Shown here in pieces: positions 26,095 to 35,492 of a stretch of DNA of 64,000 nt; positions within the stretch are counted from its first letter, which is position 1, and each line of letters opens with the position of its first letter. The stretch comes from Oscillospiraceae bacterium. GTDB lineage: Bacteria > Bacillota > Clostridia > Oscillospirales > CAG-272. The notes beneath the pieces were generated by a model. That model saw only the letters and a list, made by a program, of their open reading frames with translations, did not search any database and was not told the DNA's origin. The DNA lies in assembly GCA_015064295.1 (NCBI GenBank), contig SVSM01000002.1, positions 5,872 through 69,871 of the forward strand, written 5' to 3'. The translations under genes were made by a program, and so were the position numbers.

Positions 26095-26814
26095 TTAGCC
26101 CTTCGCGGGATACTGTCTTGCGCCGAACACAGCGGTTCCGGGGCGCACGAGAGTGGAGCCGTAGGCAGCGGCAAGGGCGTAATTGTCGGACATCCCCATG
26201 CTCAGGATCGGGTCATCACCGAAGCGTCCCTCGGCGGACAGGGCGTCAAAGAGGGCCTTGGTCCTGGCAAAGAAGGGACGGTAATCGTCAATGTTGGGAC
26301 AGTGAGGGCCAATGACCATCAAGCCCCGCACGCGGATGCCGGGCAGGGAGGATACGGCGGTAAGAAAGTCGCGGACCTCTCCCTCGGGAATTCCGCCCTT
26401 GGCCTCCTCCTCACCGATGTTGACCTCGCAGAGGGTATCGGTGATCAGGCCCTTGGCCACCGAGCGGCGGGAGATCTCCTCCGCCAGCCTGAGGCTGTCA
26501 AGGGAATGGATGAGGGCCACCCGCCCCACCAGATACTTGACCTTGTTGGGCTGCAGGGTACCGATGAAGTGCAGCGAGGCACGGGATAGGTCCAGCTCGT
26601 CGTACTTGGCGAGCAGCTCCTGCACCCGGTTTTCTCCGATGGCGTTAAGACCGCATTCCCGGATGGCGAAATTGATCCATTCCACGGGGACGGTCTTGGT
26701 AGCGGCCATGAGGGTAACGTCGGTTCCCTCCAGCGCCTTGCGTATGGAATTCAGATTGTCACGGATCGAGGCCTTGATTTCCTCGGTCAGCTTATCCGAC
26801 GATCTTTCCGTCAT
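26095..26814 (-). CDS. yggS: YggS family pyridoxal-phosphate homeostasis protein
   Basis: LMAATKTVP...IGENRVQEL...HFIGTLQPNKVKYL...SMGMSDNY. Confidence 0.9.
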   Translation of the reverse strand: MTERSSDKLTEEIKASIRDNLNSIRKALEGTDVTLMAATKTVPVEWINFAIRECGLNAIGENRVQELLAKYDELDLSRASLHFIGTLQPNKVKYLVGRVALIHSLDSLRLAEEISRRSVAKGLITDTLCEVNIGEEEAKGGIPEGEVRDFLTAVSSLPGIRVRGLMVIGPHCPNIDDYRPFFARTKALFDALSAEGRFGDDPILSMGMSDNYALAAAYGSTLVRPGTAVFGARQYPAKG

Positions 26815-28054
26815 AGAGTTCCTTTCCCTTTGTGATCACGAAGTCGTTTTTGGCCAGCCACTCACCGCGATTGGGAGACGATTCGTCCCGTTCCTTCACG
26901 ATGATATAGCCGTCGTATTCGTAAAGAGGCTCAATGCGGCGGAAGGCGACCTGGGAGCCCCGCAGGATGTAGACGCCGGCCTTGCCGTTAACGATGCGGA
27001 CGGCCGAGGCGGGGATGCGATAGCCGGTGTAGGCCTTTTGCACCACCTGGACCGATTGGTGACGGAGATAATTGAAATTCTCCGGCAGAATATTGGTACG
27101 GAAGATCAGAACGGCGGTATCGGAGTCCACGTCGGCCAGGATACGGTAGAGATACATACTCAACGTGATACCGTCGTTATAGGGGAAGGTCACGTTGTGG
27201 TTCTTACCGGTCTCAAAGTTGTGAAGCAGGTCAGCGTCGACGACGCAGGCAGCGTACCAGGTATAGTCGGTGACCAGCTTGCCTACGGGATAGCCCTGTG
27301 TCGGGTTGTTAAAGCTTTCGGCGCTCCGATCCACGAGACGGAGGTAATCGAGGTAATCCAGGTCCTCAATATTGGCAGAGGAGAAGATATTCTCGTAACC
27401 GTCGACCACCGAATAGAAGAAGCCGCCCATGGGGCTGGTGACAGTACCCTCTGCCGTAAAGCCGGTATCGTTCAGGATGTCCAGCTCGCTCTTGAGGGTA
27501 TGGATGCGGTCGTTATAATTTGCCACGGCACGGGTGATAATGCGGCGGCGGTTCATCTGGATCAGGAGGGAATCGGCGATGCCGTCGGCACCCGAAACGT
27601 CGCAGCCGTCCATCTGCTCCAGGATGTCGTAGAAATGCTTACGGATGAGGTTGTCGGTGGAGGTGGTATCGGTGCGCTTCTCGGCGTCGCTCATATTGCT
27701 TTGCTCAAGGATACGGATCTTGCGGTCCAGCTCAATGATCCGTCGGCGGACGTCCTCCGAGCCGGTAGCGGCGGGATAGACCTCAGCGACGGTGGTATGG
27801 ATGGCCACCTTTTCGCCGTCACGGTGGAGATAGCTGGTATCGCCGTTTACCGGGGAAAAGAGGACCGTTTCGTTCCGCATGATCGTCACGCTCACGTTGA
27901 TGGTAGATTCCTGAGTCACAAGAGTAGCGGGCATGGTCTCGATCTCGGGCTGAAAGCCTCCCGACATATGATAGAGGATATAGGCGATCAGAATGATGGA
28001 AAGCACCGCCGACAGGACGTATTTCATCACGCTTTTCAAATATTGCAGATCCAT
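26792..28054 (-). CDS. HlyD/membrane-fusion-like protein with an N-terminal anchor
   Basis: Single N-terminal TM segment, a coiled-coil middle region and a beta-barrel-like C-terminus. This is a weak family call made by eye. Confidence 0.5.
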   Translation of the reverse strand: MDLQYLKSVMKYVLSAVLSIILIAYILYHMSGGFQPEIETMPATLVTQESTINVSVTIMRNETVLFSPVNGDTSYLHRDGEKVAIHTTVAEVYPAATGSEDVRRRIIELDRKIRILEQSNMSDAEKRTDTTSTDNLIRKHFYDILEQMDGCDVSGADGIADSLLIQMNRRRIITRAVANYNDRIHTLKSELDILNDTGFTAEGTVTSPMGGFFYSVVDGYENIFSSANIEDLDYLDYLRLVDRSAESFNNPTQGYPVGKLVTDYTWYAACVVDADLLHNFETGKNHNVTFPYNDGITLSMYLYRILADVDSDTAVLIFRTNILPENFNYLRHQSVQVVQKAYTGYRIPASAVRIVNGKAGVYILRGSQVAFRRIEPLYEYDGYIIVKERDESSPNRGEWLAKNDFVITKGKELYDGKIVG

Positions 28055-28096
28055 CGGAAGACTCCTTTCCTTTACATTACTTATCAGTATATCACA

Positions 28097-29029
28097 TTAC
28101 GGCGCAATCTTTAAGTGCTTTTTTGCAATGTTTACAATATCTTCAAAAATTTTCTCCCGATCCCCCTCGTCGAGGAAGAACCAGAGGGTATCGGGGTTGC
28201 GGCGAAACCAGGTCAGCTGCCGCTTGGCGTAGTGGCGGGTGTTCTTTTTGAGCAGCTCCACGGCCTCCTCGCGGGAAATAAGACCGTCAAGCCAAAGATA
28301 GAGCTCCTTATAGCCGATGGCCTGTCCAGCGGTGGAGCCTCGGTCGAGAGCGAGGGCCTTTGCCTCCTCCGCCAGCCCACCGGCCAGCATGAGGTCGACG
28401 CGGCGGTCGATGCGGGCGTATAGTGTTCCGCGGTCTTGGTAGTCAAGGCCGATGATCAGGGTGTCGTAGGGACTCTCGCTCCGTTTTGAAAGGCGATCCC
28501 ATTCGGTCTTGGTCTTGCCGGTGCCGCGGTAGATCTCAAGGGCGCGGATGACGCGCTTGATGTTATTTTTGTGCATGGTGGCCGCCGCCTCGGGATCCAC
28601 CGAAAGAAGCTCCTCCCAGAGCTTGTCGGGATCCTCCCTTTGCAGCTCCTCCCGAAGGCCTTCGGGAATGGTGGGGGAAAAATCGCCCACCGTCAGCACA
28701 GCGTCGAGATAGAGCCCCGTACCGCCGCAGAAGATCGGCGTCTTACCCCGCGACAGGACGTCACGAATGGCCGCCTCGGCCAGCCGCTTGTAGTCGGCGC
28801 AGGAGAAGGCCTCGTCGGGGGAGACGATATCGATGAGGTGATGAGGGACGCCCCGCCGTTCCTCCATGGAGGGCTTGGCTGTGCCGATGTCCATGCCGCG
28901 GTAGATCTGCATGGAATCGCAGGAGAGGATCTCTCCGTCCAGGGCCTCTGCCAGGCGCAGGGAGAGCTCGGTCTTGCCGGAGGCCGTGGGGCCAACGACG
29001 GCAATGAGCTTTGGTTTTATGTTGGTCAT
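28097..29029 (-). CDS. miaA: tRNA dimethylallyltransferase
   Basis: LIAVVGPTASGKTELSL (P-loop), DSMQIYRGMDIGTAKP. Start at ATG 29029. The ORF-track N-extension is not MiaA-like. Confidence 0.92.
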   Translation of the reverse strand: MTNIKPKLIAVVGPTASGKTELSLRLAEALDGEILSCDSMQIYRGMDIGTAKPSMEERRGVPHHLIDIVSPDEAFSCADYKRLAEAAIRDVLSRGKTPIFCGGTGLYLDAVLTVGDFSPTIPEGLREELQREDPDKLWEELLSVDPEAAATMHKNNIKRVIRALEIYRGTGKTKTEWDRLSKRSESPYDTLIIGLDYQDRGTLYARIDRRVDLMLAGGLAEEAKALALDRGSTAGQAIGYKELYLWLDGLISREEAVELLKKNTRHYAKRQLTWFRRNPDTLWFFLDEGDREKIFEDIVNIAKKHLKIAP

Positions 29030-29120
29030 AACGTATCCTTTGTCCGAAGGTTTTGATGATGCCGAACGGGGTAGGGTGGATACCCGTGGCAGAAGGGTGA
29101 ATCCCATCACTGCCTGCGGA

Positions 29121-30170
29121 TCATTGAATGAGCATGGCATCTCCAAAGGAGAAGAAACGGTACCCCTTTTCGATGGCCTCCTCGTAGGTGCGGAGCATGG
29201 TCTCACGGTCGGTCAAGGCCGAGACCAACATCAAAAGGGTGCTCTCGGGGAGGTGGAAATTGGTGATCAGGGCGTCGGTGATCTTAAAGCGATAGCCGGG
29301 ATAGATGAAAATTTGCGTATCGTCGGTGACGGGGTGGAGGATGCCGTTTTCGTCAGCGGCGCTCTCCAGCACGCGGCAGGAGGTGGTGCCCACGGCAATG
29401 AGGCGGCCGGTACGGTTGTTCACGATGTCGGCGGTTTCCTTCGAAACCGAGATAAACTCGGAATGCATCTCGTGATCCGCAATCTTATCCTCCTTCACGG
29501 GACGGAAGGTACCGAGACCAACGTGAAGCATGACGGGGGCGATCCTAACGCCCTTGGCGCGGATCCTGTCAAGAAGCTCCTCGGTAAAGTGGAGGCCGGC
29601 GGTCGGCGCGGCGGCCGAGCCCTCCTCCCGGGCGTAGACCGTCTGATAGCGGCTCTTGTCCTTCAGCTTCTCGGTGATGTAGGGGGGCAGAGGCATATGG
29701 CCCACGCGGTCGAGAATAGAAAAGAGGTTGTCCCCCTCGTAGGTGAATTTCAGTAAGCGATTGCCGCCCTCCACCGTTTCGAGAACCTCCGCACGCAACA
29801 GCCCGTCCCCGAATACAATGACAGTACCGGGCTTGCAGCGGCGGCCGGGACGGACGAGGGTTTCCCACACGTCCAGACCGCGGGAGCGGAGAAGCACCAC
29901 CTCAATGTCGATGCCGGTGGATTCCTTAATGCCGTAGAGACGGGCGGGAATGACCTTGCTGTCGTTGACCACCAGCACGTCGCCCTCGTTCAGATAGTCG
30001 AGGATGTCGCGGAAGACGCGGTGCTCGGTCTTACCGCTGTCCTTGTGGAGCACCAGGAGCTTGGAGGAATCCCGCGGCTCGGCAGGGGTCTGAGCGATCT
30101 GGGATTCGGGGAGGTGATAGAAAAAATCCTTCGTGGAGAGGGAGGTTTCGGTTAAGGTATTTTTGATCAT
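29121..30170 (-). CDS. queA: S-adenosylmethionine:tRNA ribosyltransferase-isomerase
   Basis: FFYHLPESQIAQTPAEPRDSSKLLVL...GTTSCRVLES...FFSFGDAMLI. Confidence 0.93.
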   Translation of the reverse strand: MIKNTLTETSLSTKDFFYHLPESQIAQTPAEPRDSSKLLVLHKDSGKTEHRVFRDILDYLNEGDVLVVNDSKVIPARLYGIKESTGIDIEVVLLRSRGLDVWETLVRPGRRCKPGTVIVFGDGLLRAEVLETVEGGNRLLKFTYEGDNLFSILDRVGHMPLPPYITEKLKDKSRYQTVYAREEGSAAAPTAGLHFTEELLDRIRAKGVRIAPVMLHVGLGTFRPVKEDKIADHEMHSEFISVSKETADIVNNRTGRLIAVGTTSCRVLESAADENGILHPVTDDTQIFIYPGYRFKITDALITNFHLPESTLLMLVSALTDRETMLRTYEEAIEKGYRFFSFGDAMLIQ

Positions 30171-30291
30171 CGTGTTTCATCTTTCGTATGGATCTTATCT
30201 TATCCATTATAATACATTCCGAAGGGGATTTCAACCGTTTTTCGGAACTTTGCAAGAAATATCGCTCAACAGAGAGCGAAAGGGAGGACAT

Positions 30292-31173
30292 ATGAAGCCG
30301 ATTCTATTTCAAGGGGTAGCCACCGCCCTGGTAACGCCGTTTTCGGACGGACGGGTGGATTACGCGGCGCTGAAGCGCCTGACGGCCTATCAGATCGATC
30401 GGGGAGCCGACGCCCTGGTGGTCTGCGGCACAACGGGGGAAGCCCCGACGCTGACGGCCATCGAAAAGCTCCGTTGCATTGCGACGGTGGCCGAGACGGC
30501 CAATCAACGCGTACCGGTCATCGCGGGAACGACGACCAACGATACCGGATATTCGGTGAAGCTGTCACGTCTTGCGGCACGGGAGGGCATCGACGGGATT
30601 TTAGCGGTAGCCCCCTACTACAACCGCCCCATGAGTGAGGGGCTGACGAGCCATTTCCTGTCGATCGCCGAGGGAGCAGAGAAGCCCCTGATCGTCTACA
30701 ATATCCCCTCCCGCACGGGCTGTGAGGTAAAAAACGACACCTACGATGCCCTCGCCGACCATCCCTTGATCGTGGGCATCAAGGAGGCGTCGGGAAGCAT
30801 CTCCCGTGCCTCGGAGCTGGCCGCCCGCTATGAGGGCAGGCTGGCGGTTTACAGCGGTAACGACGATCAGACCCTTCCCACCTTGGCGGTGGGCGGCAAG
30901 GGTGTTATTTCGGTGGTATCGAACCTGTTCCCCTACGAGATGCATCTGCTTTGCCGTCTGTGGGAGGAAGGGAAGACCGCCGAGTGCCTTGCCCTTCACC
31001 GCGAGCTACTGCCGCTGATGAAGGCCGTCTTTGTCGAGACCAATCCCATCCCCGTCAAGGCGGCCATGGAAGCCCTCGGCTTCTGCTCTGCCGAGGTGCG
31101 CCTGCCCCTGACGGCGGCGAAACCCGAAACCCTTGCCAAGCTGACCGAGGCCATGGCGGGACTGCTGGGATAG
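30292..31173 (+). CDS. dapA: 4-hydroxy-tetrahydrodipicolinate synthase
   Basis: GVATALVTPF...VCGTTGEAPTL...YNIPSRTG...IVGIKEASG. ATG 30292 follows GGGAGGA. Confidence 0.93.
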   Translation: MKPILFQGVATALVTPFSDGRVDYAALKRLTAYQIDRGADALVVCGTTGEAPTLTAIEKLRCIATVAETANQRVPVIAGTTTNDTGYSVKLSRLAAREGIDGILAVAPYYNRPMSEGLTSHFLSIAEGAEKPLIVYNIPSRTGCEVKNDTYDALADHPLIVGIKEASGSISRASELAARYEGRLAVYSGNDDQTLPTLAVGGKGVISVVSNLFPYEMHLLCRLWEEGKTAECLALHRELLPLMKAVFVETNPIPVKAAMEALGFCSAEVRLPLTAAKPETLAKLTEAMAGLLG

Positions 31174-31190
31174 GAGGACGCCGAGGAAAT

Positions 31191-31296
31191 AGGCGGGGCT
31201 CTGCCCCGCACCCTGCAGGGGAATTTCTTTCGAGAAATTCCCCTTGACCCCAAAGAACTTGGATGGCGAAAAACTGCGTTTTTCGCGGGAGGAATC
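31191..31296 (+). repeat. Three-hairpin dispersed repeat, copy B (between dapA and the DMT transporter gene)
   Basis: Hairpins GCGGGGC/GCCCCGC (31193-31209), GGGGAATTTCT/AGAAATTCCCC (31218-31243) and GCGAAAAAC/GTTTTTCGC (31266-31286). It aligns with the reverse complement of 18676-18780 at about 75-80 percent identity, judged by eye. Confidence 0.7.
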
Positions 31297-31391
31297 AAAA
31301 AATGAACCTCGTCGATCTTTTTCGACGGGGTTGCTTTTTTTGGCAAAATATGATACACTTGTGGGGAATTTGAAAAAGGCAAGGAATCCCA

Positions 31392-32306
31392 ATGAAAAAG
31401 AACAACGTAAAGGGCTGTCTGATCCTGGGCTTGACGGCGCTGATCTGGGGCGCGGCCTTTATTGCCCAAAGCGTGGGCATGGACTATATCGGGCCGCTGA
31501 CCTTCACCTTCTGCCGATCACTTCTCGGCATGGCCGTACTCTTTCCCGTCACGCTGCTTGTGGGCAAGAAGCCCATGGGCAAGGCCCTCGGCTACGGTGA
31601 CAAGAGGCTCCTGACGGCTGGGGCACTGTCGGGCGTCTTTCTCTGCGCTGCCACCGTCTGTCAACAGATCGGTATTCAGTACACCACGGCGGGCAAGGCG
31701 GCCTTCATTACGGCACTGTATATCGTATTTACTCCTGTCGTCGGTATGCTGCTCGGCAAACAGGCAGGGCTTCCCGTGTGGGCAGGGGTTCTGCTCGGCG
31801 GCGTGGGGATGTATCTCCTCTGCATGACAGGCGAGAGCGGCATGGGCAAGGGCGACCTCATCGTCTTCTTCTGCTCCATCCTCTTTACGGGACAGATCTT
31901 GGTGATCGATCACTTTTCCTCCTCGGTGGATTGCGTCAGAATGTCCTGCATCCAATTTGCCGTCTGTACCGTGCTGTCGGGAATCGCCATGCTGATCTTC
32001 GAGACGCCTGACATGGACGCCATTCTCGACTGCGCCCTCCCGATCCTTTATGCGGGCGTCATGTCCTCGGGCGTGGCCTATACCCTGCAGATCATCGGGC
32101 AGAAATACGCCGACGTGACCCCTGCCACCCTGACCATGAGCCTCGAATCGGTCTTTGCTGCCATTGCAGGTTGGATCCTGCTCCACGAGGGGATGAACGG
32201 CTCCGAGATCGTGGGATGCGTCCTGATTTTTGTTGCCATCGTGGTGGCACAGGTACCGATGAAACGCAAAAAAACCTGCCCAAAAGGGGCCAAAAAGGGC
32301 AGATAA
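31392..32306 (+). CDS. DMT-superfamily (EamA-like) transporter
   Basis: Ten predicted TM segments forming two EamA-like halves (LIWGAAFIAQSVG...). Confidence 0.85.
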   Translation: MKKNNVKGCLILGLTALIWGAAFIAQSVGMDYIGPLTFTFCRSLLGMAVLFPVTLLVGKKPMGKALGYGDKRLLTAGALSGVFLCAATVCQQIGIQYTTAGKAAFITALYIVFTPVVGMLLGKQAGLPVWAGVLLGGVGMYLLCMTGESGMGKGDLIVFFCSILFTGQILVIDHFSSSVDCVRMSCIQFAVCTVLSGIAMLIFETPDMDAILDCALPILYAGVMSSGVAYTLQIIGQKYADVTPATLTMSLESVFAAIAGWILLHEGMNGSEIVGCVLIFVAIVVAQVPMKRKKTCPKGAKKGR

Positions 32307-32320
32307 CCTGCCCGAAACAG

Positions 32321-32364
32321 CCCAAAAAAGTCCCCAAAGCGACCGCTTTGGGGACTTTTTTGGG
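32321..32364 (+). terminator. Long perfect hairpin downstream of the DMT gene
   Basis: 20-bp perfect stem CCCAAAAAAGTCCCCAAAGC / GCTTTGGGGACTTTTTTGGG with the loop GACC. Confidence 0.6.
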
Positions 32365-32382
32365 TAAAAATGGGTTTGCCGA

Positions 32383-32411
32383 TTGACAACCCTGCGTTTT
32401 TATACTATAAT
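32383..32411 (+). promoter_or_regulatory. Consensus sigma-A promoter of proS
   Basis: TTGACA (32383-32388), a 17-nt spacer, TATAAT (32406-32411). Confidence 0.7.
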
Positions 32412-32490
32412 GAAATGTAAGACATAAGTAGGCCCCCTTTCCGGCTGAGGGGTGCGAAAAAATCGGAAAGGCCGGAGAAACGGAACCGTT

Positions 32491-33933
32491 ATGGCACAGG
32501 ATAAGAAACTCGTCGAAGCGATCACCTCCATGGACACCGACTTTGCCCAGTGGTACACCGACGTCGTCAAAAAAGCAGACCTCATCGACTATTCCAGCGT
32601 AAAGGGCTGCATGATCTACCGCCCCTATGGCTACGCCATTTGGGAAAACATTCAGAAGATCCTCGATACCCGCTTCAAGGAGACGGGTCATGAGAACGTC
32701 TATATGCCCATGTTCATCCCCGAAACTCTGCTCAATAAGGAGAAGGATCACGTGGAGGGCTTTGCCCCCGAGGTGGCTTGGGTCACCTACGGCGGCAGCG
32801 AAAAGCTCACCGAAAAGCTCTGCGTCCGTCCCACCTCCGAGACGTTGTTCTGCGAGCATTACGCCAACGTCATCAAGTCCTGGCGTGACCTGCCCAAGCT
32901 CTATAACCAGTGGTGCTCGGTGGTGAGATGGGAGAAGAACACCCGTCCCTTCCTCCGTACCCGTGAGTTCCTGTGGCAGGAGGGTCACACCATGCACGCC
33001 ACCGCCGAGGAGGCCAAGGAAGAGACCATTCGTATGCTGAATATCTACGCCGACTTCTGCGAGCAGGATCTTGCCATGCCGGTGATCAAGGGCCCCAAGA
33101 CCGAGAGCGACAAGTTCGCCGGCGCCGAGGCCACCTACGCCATCGAGGCCCTGATGCACGACGGTAAGGCTCTGCAGGCCGGTACCTCCCACTACTTTGG
33201 GGACGGCTTTGCCCGCGCCTTCGATATTCAGTACACCGACAAGAACAATCAGCTTCAGTACCCCCATCAGACCTCGTGGGGTGTGACCACCCGTCTCATC
33301 GGCGCCATCATCATGACGCACGGTGACGATAACGGTCTGGTGCTGCCGCCTGCCGTGGCTCCCATTCAGGTGGTCATCGTGCCGGTTGCCCAGCACAAGG
33401 AGGGGGTTCTCGAAAAGGCCGCCGAGCTCCGCGACCGTCTTGTGGCCGCCGGCTTCCGCGTGAAGCTGGACGATTCCGACAACACCGCCGGCTGGAAGTA
33501 CGCCGAGTACGAGATGAAGGGCGTTCCCGTTCGTCTTGAGATCGGCCCCCGCGACATCGAGGGCAATCAGTGCGTGCTGGTGGCCCGTCACGACAGAAGC
33601 AAGGACTTCGTGTCCCTTGACACGCTGGAGCAGGCCGTTGCCGACAAGCTGGAATCGGTCCGCGCCGGACTCTTTGCCAAGGCCTGTGAGAACCGCGAAA
33701 AGAAGACCACCGAGTGTGAGACTGTCGACGAGATCAAGGAGACGTTGGCGACTAAGGGCGACGGCTTCATTCGCGCCAAGTGGTGCGGAAGCGAGGAGTG
33801 CGAGGATAAGGTCAAGGAGCTGACGGGTGTCGGTTCCCGCTGCATCCCCTTCCAGCAGGATCGCCGTACCGGTGTCTGCGTTTGCTGCGGCAAGCCCGCC
33901 GATACCACGGTGCTTTGGGCAAAGGCCTATTAA
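32491..33933 (+). CDS. proS: Proline--tRNA ligase (archaeal/eukaryote-like type with a C-terminal zinc domain)
   Basis: [35 protein letters not shown]... The class II motifs and the C-terminus [10 protein letters not shown]...CCGKPA match. Start at MAQDKKL. Confidence 0.93.
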   Translation: MAQDKKLVEAITSMDTDFAQWYTDVVKKADLIDYSSVKGCMIYRPYGYAIWENIQKILDTRFKETGHENVYMPMFIPETLLNKEKDHVEGFAPEVAWVTYGGSEKLTEKLCVRPTSETLFCEHYANVIKSWRDLPKLYNQWCSVVRWEKNTRPFLRTREFLWQEGHTMHATAEEAKEETIRMLNIYADFCEQDLAMPVIKGPKTESDKFAGAEATYAIEALMHDGKALQAGTSHYFGDGFARAFDIQYTDKNNQLQYPHQTSWGVTTRLIGAIIMTHGDDNGLVLPPAVAPIQVVIVPVAQHKEGVLEKAAELRDRLVAAGFRVKLDDSDNTAGWKYAEYEMKGVPVRLEIGPRDIEGNQCVLVARHDRSKDFVSLDTLEQAVADKLESVRAGLFAKACENREKKTTECETVDEIKETLATKGDGFIRAKWCGSEECEDKVKELTGVGSRCIPFQQDRRTGVCVCCGKPADTTVLWAKAY

Positions 33934-33984
33934 GATGGCAAAGGGGTTTCCCCTGTTTGTGCGATCATATCAGCCTTCTAAGAG

Positions 33985-34014
33985 GAGCTGCCGCAACTGC
34001 GGCAGCTCTTTTCT
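33985..34014 (+). terminator. Rho-independent terminator of proS
   Basis: GAGCTGCCGC AACT GCGGCAGCTC followed by TTTTCT. Confidence 0.7.
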
Positions 34015-34060
34015 GTCAACGGGATGCGGGGACCTTTTCATAAAAATATCGATCATTGGC

Positions 34061-34089
34061 TTGAAATGTTCATAGAACCGTGCTACAAT
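34061..34089 (+). promoter_or_regulatory. Sigma-A promoter (extended -10) of the SPFH operon
   Basis: TTGAAA, a 17-nt spacer, then TGcTACAAT. Confidence 0.6.
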
Positions 34090-34151
34090 GATAATAACGG
34101 ATCCTGTCAGCCATGTGGATGGAATCCTGAACTTGGAAGGGAGATCTCATT

Positions 34152-35453
34152 ATGGGACTTATCAAAGCGGGCCTCGGAGCCCTCGGCGGCACTCTCGCCG
34201 ATCAATGGAAGGAATTCTTCTACTGCGACGCCATGAACGGAGACGTGCTGGTAACTCGCGGCAAAAAGCAGGTCAGCGGACGCTCCTCCAATACCAAGGG
34301 ACACGACAACGTGATCAGTAGCGGCTCGGGTATTGCGGTAGCCGACGGACAGTGCATGATCATCGTCGAGCAGGGCAAGGTGGTGGAGGTCTGCGCCGAG
34401 CCGGGGCAGTTTACCTACGACGCCTCTACCGAGCCCAGCATCTTTGCCGGCAAATTGGGCGAGAGCATCCTCGCCACCTTCAAGACCATCGGCAAGCGCT
34501 TTACCTACGGCGGCGACACCGGCAAGGATCAGCGGGTCTACTACTTCAATACCAAGGAGATCCTGGATAACAAGTTCGGTACGCCGAACCCCATCCCCTT
34601 CCGCGTGGTGGACAGCAAGATCGGCCTTGACGTGGACGTGTCGGTGCGTTGCTCCGGCCTCTATTCCTACGTGATTGCCGACCCCCTGTTGTTCTATACG
34701 AACGTTTGCGGCAACGTGGAGCGGGAATATACCCGTTCCGAGATCGACAGTCAGCTCAAGACCGAGTTTATCAGCGCCCTGGCCCCTGCCTTTGCCCGTC
34801 TGTCGGAGCTGGAGCTCCGCCCCAATCAGATCGCGACCCATAACGCCGCCATTGAGCAGGCTATGAACGAGCAGCTCACCAAGAAGTGGGGCGAGCTCCG
34901 CGGCCTGAAGGTCAAGTCGGTGGCCATGAATCCCGTCACCCTCCCCGAGGAGGATGCCGAGATGATCAAGAAGGCCCAGCAGGCGGCTATGCTCCGTGAT
35001 CCTACCATGGCGGCGGCTACTCTTGTGGGAGCGCAGGCCGATGCCATGAAGGCGGCGGCGGAAAACGACGGCGGTGCCATGACCGGCTTTATGGGCATGG
35101 GTATGGCCATGAACGCCGGCGGCGTCAACGCTCAGAACCTTTTCACCATGGGCCAGCAGCAGGCCAAGGAAGCTCCTGCTCCCGCCCAATCGGGATGGAA
35201 ATGCGCCTGCGGTCACGTGGCCGAGGGTAAGTTCTGCACCGAATGCGGCGCCAAGAAGCCCGAGGAGGGCTGGGTCTGCACCTGCGGCTCGGTGAACCGC
35301 GGTAAGTTCTGCCCCGAGTGTGGCGCCAAGAAGCCGGCAGGAGCCCCTCTCTACCGCTGCGACAAGTGCGGCTTTGAGCCCGCCGATCCCAAGAACCCGC
35401 CGAAGTTCTGCCCCGAGTGCGGCGACCGCTTTGACGAGAGTGACGTACAGTAA
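34152..35453 (+). CDS. SPFH/band-7 (virion-core-like, YdjI-type) protein with three C-terminal zinc-ribbon repeats
   Basis: The N-terminus MGLIKAGLGALGGTLADQWKEFFYCD and the body resemble the YdjI-like SPFH family. The C-terminus repeats the pattern CxCG-x(n)-KFCxECG three times. Confidence 0.75.
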   Translation: MGLIKAGLGALGGTLADQWKEFFYCDAMNGDVLVTRGKKQVSGRSSNTKGHDNVISSGSGIAVADGQCMIIVEQGKVVEVCAEPGQFTYDASTEPSIFAGKLGESILATFKTIGKRFTYGGDTGKDQRVYYFNTKEILDNKFGTPNPIPFRVVDSKIGLDVDVSVRCSGLYSYVIADPLLFYTNVCGNVEREYTRSEIDSQLKTEFISALAPAFARLSELELRPNQIATHNAAIEQAMNEQLTKKWGELRGLKVKSVAMNPVTLPEEDAEMIKKAQQAAMLRDPTMAAATLVGAQADAMKAAAENDGGAMTGFMGMGMAMNAGGVNAQNLFTMGQQQAKEAPAPAQSGWKCACGHVAEGKFCTECGAKKPEEGWVCTCGSVNRGKFCPECGAKKPAGAPLYRCDKCGFEPADPKNPPKFCPECGDRFDESDVQ

Positions 35454-35492
35454 GAAGCATCGGGGAGGGTCTTATGCCCTCCCCCGTCTTGT

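Noticed and set aside
31171-31299. An in-frame 42-codon extension after the dapA TAG stop, raising the question of stop-codon readthrough.
   Set aside because: The open frame lies inside the three-hairpin repeat, whose sequence is explained by RNA/DNA structure. The other copy has a stop in the corresponding frame.
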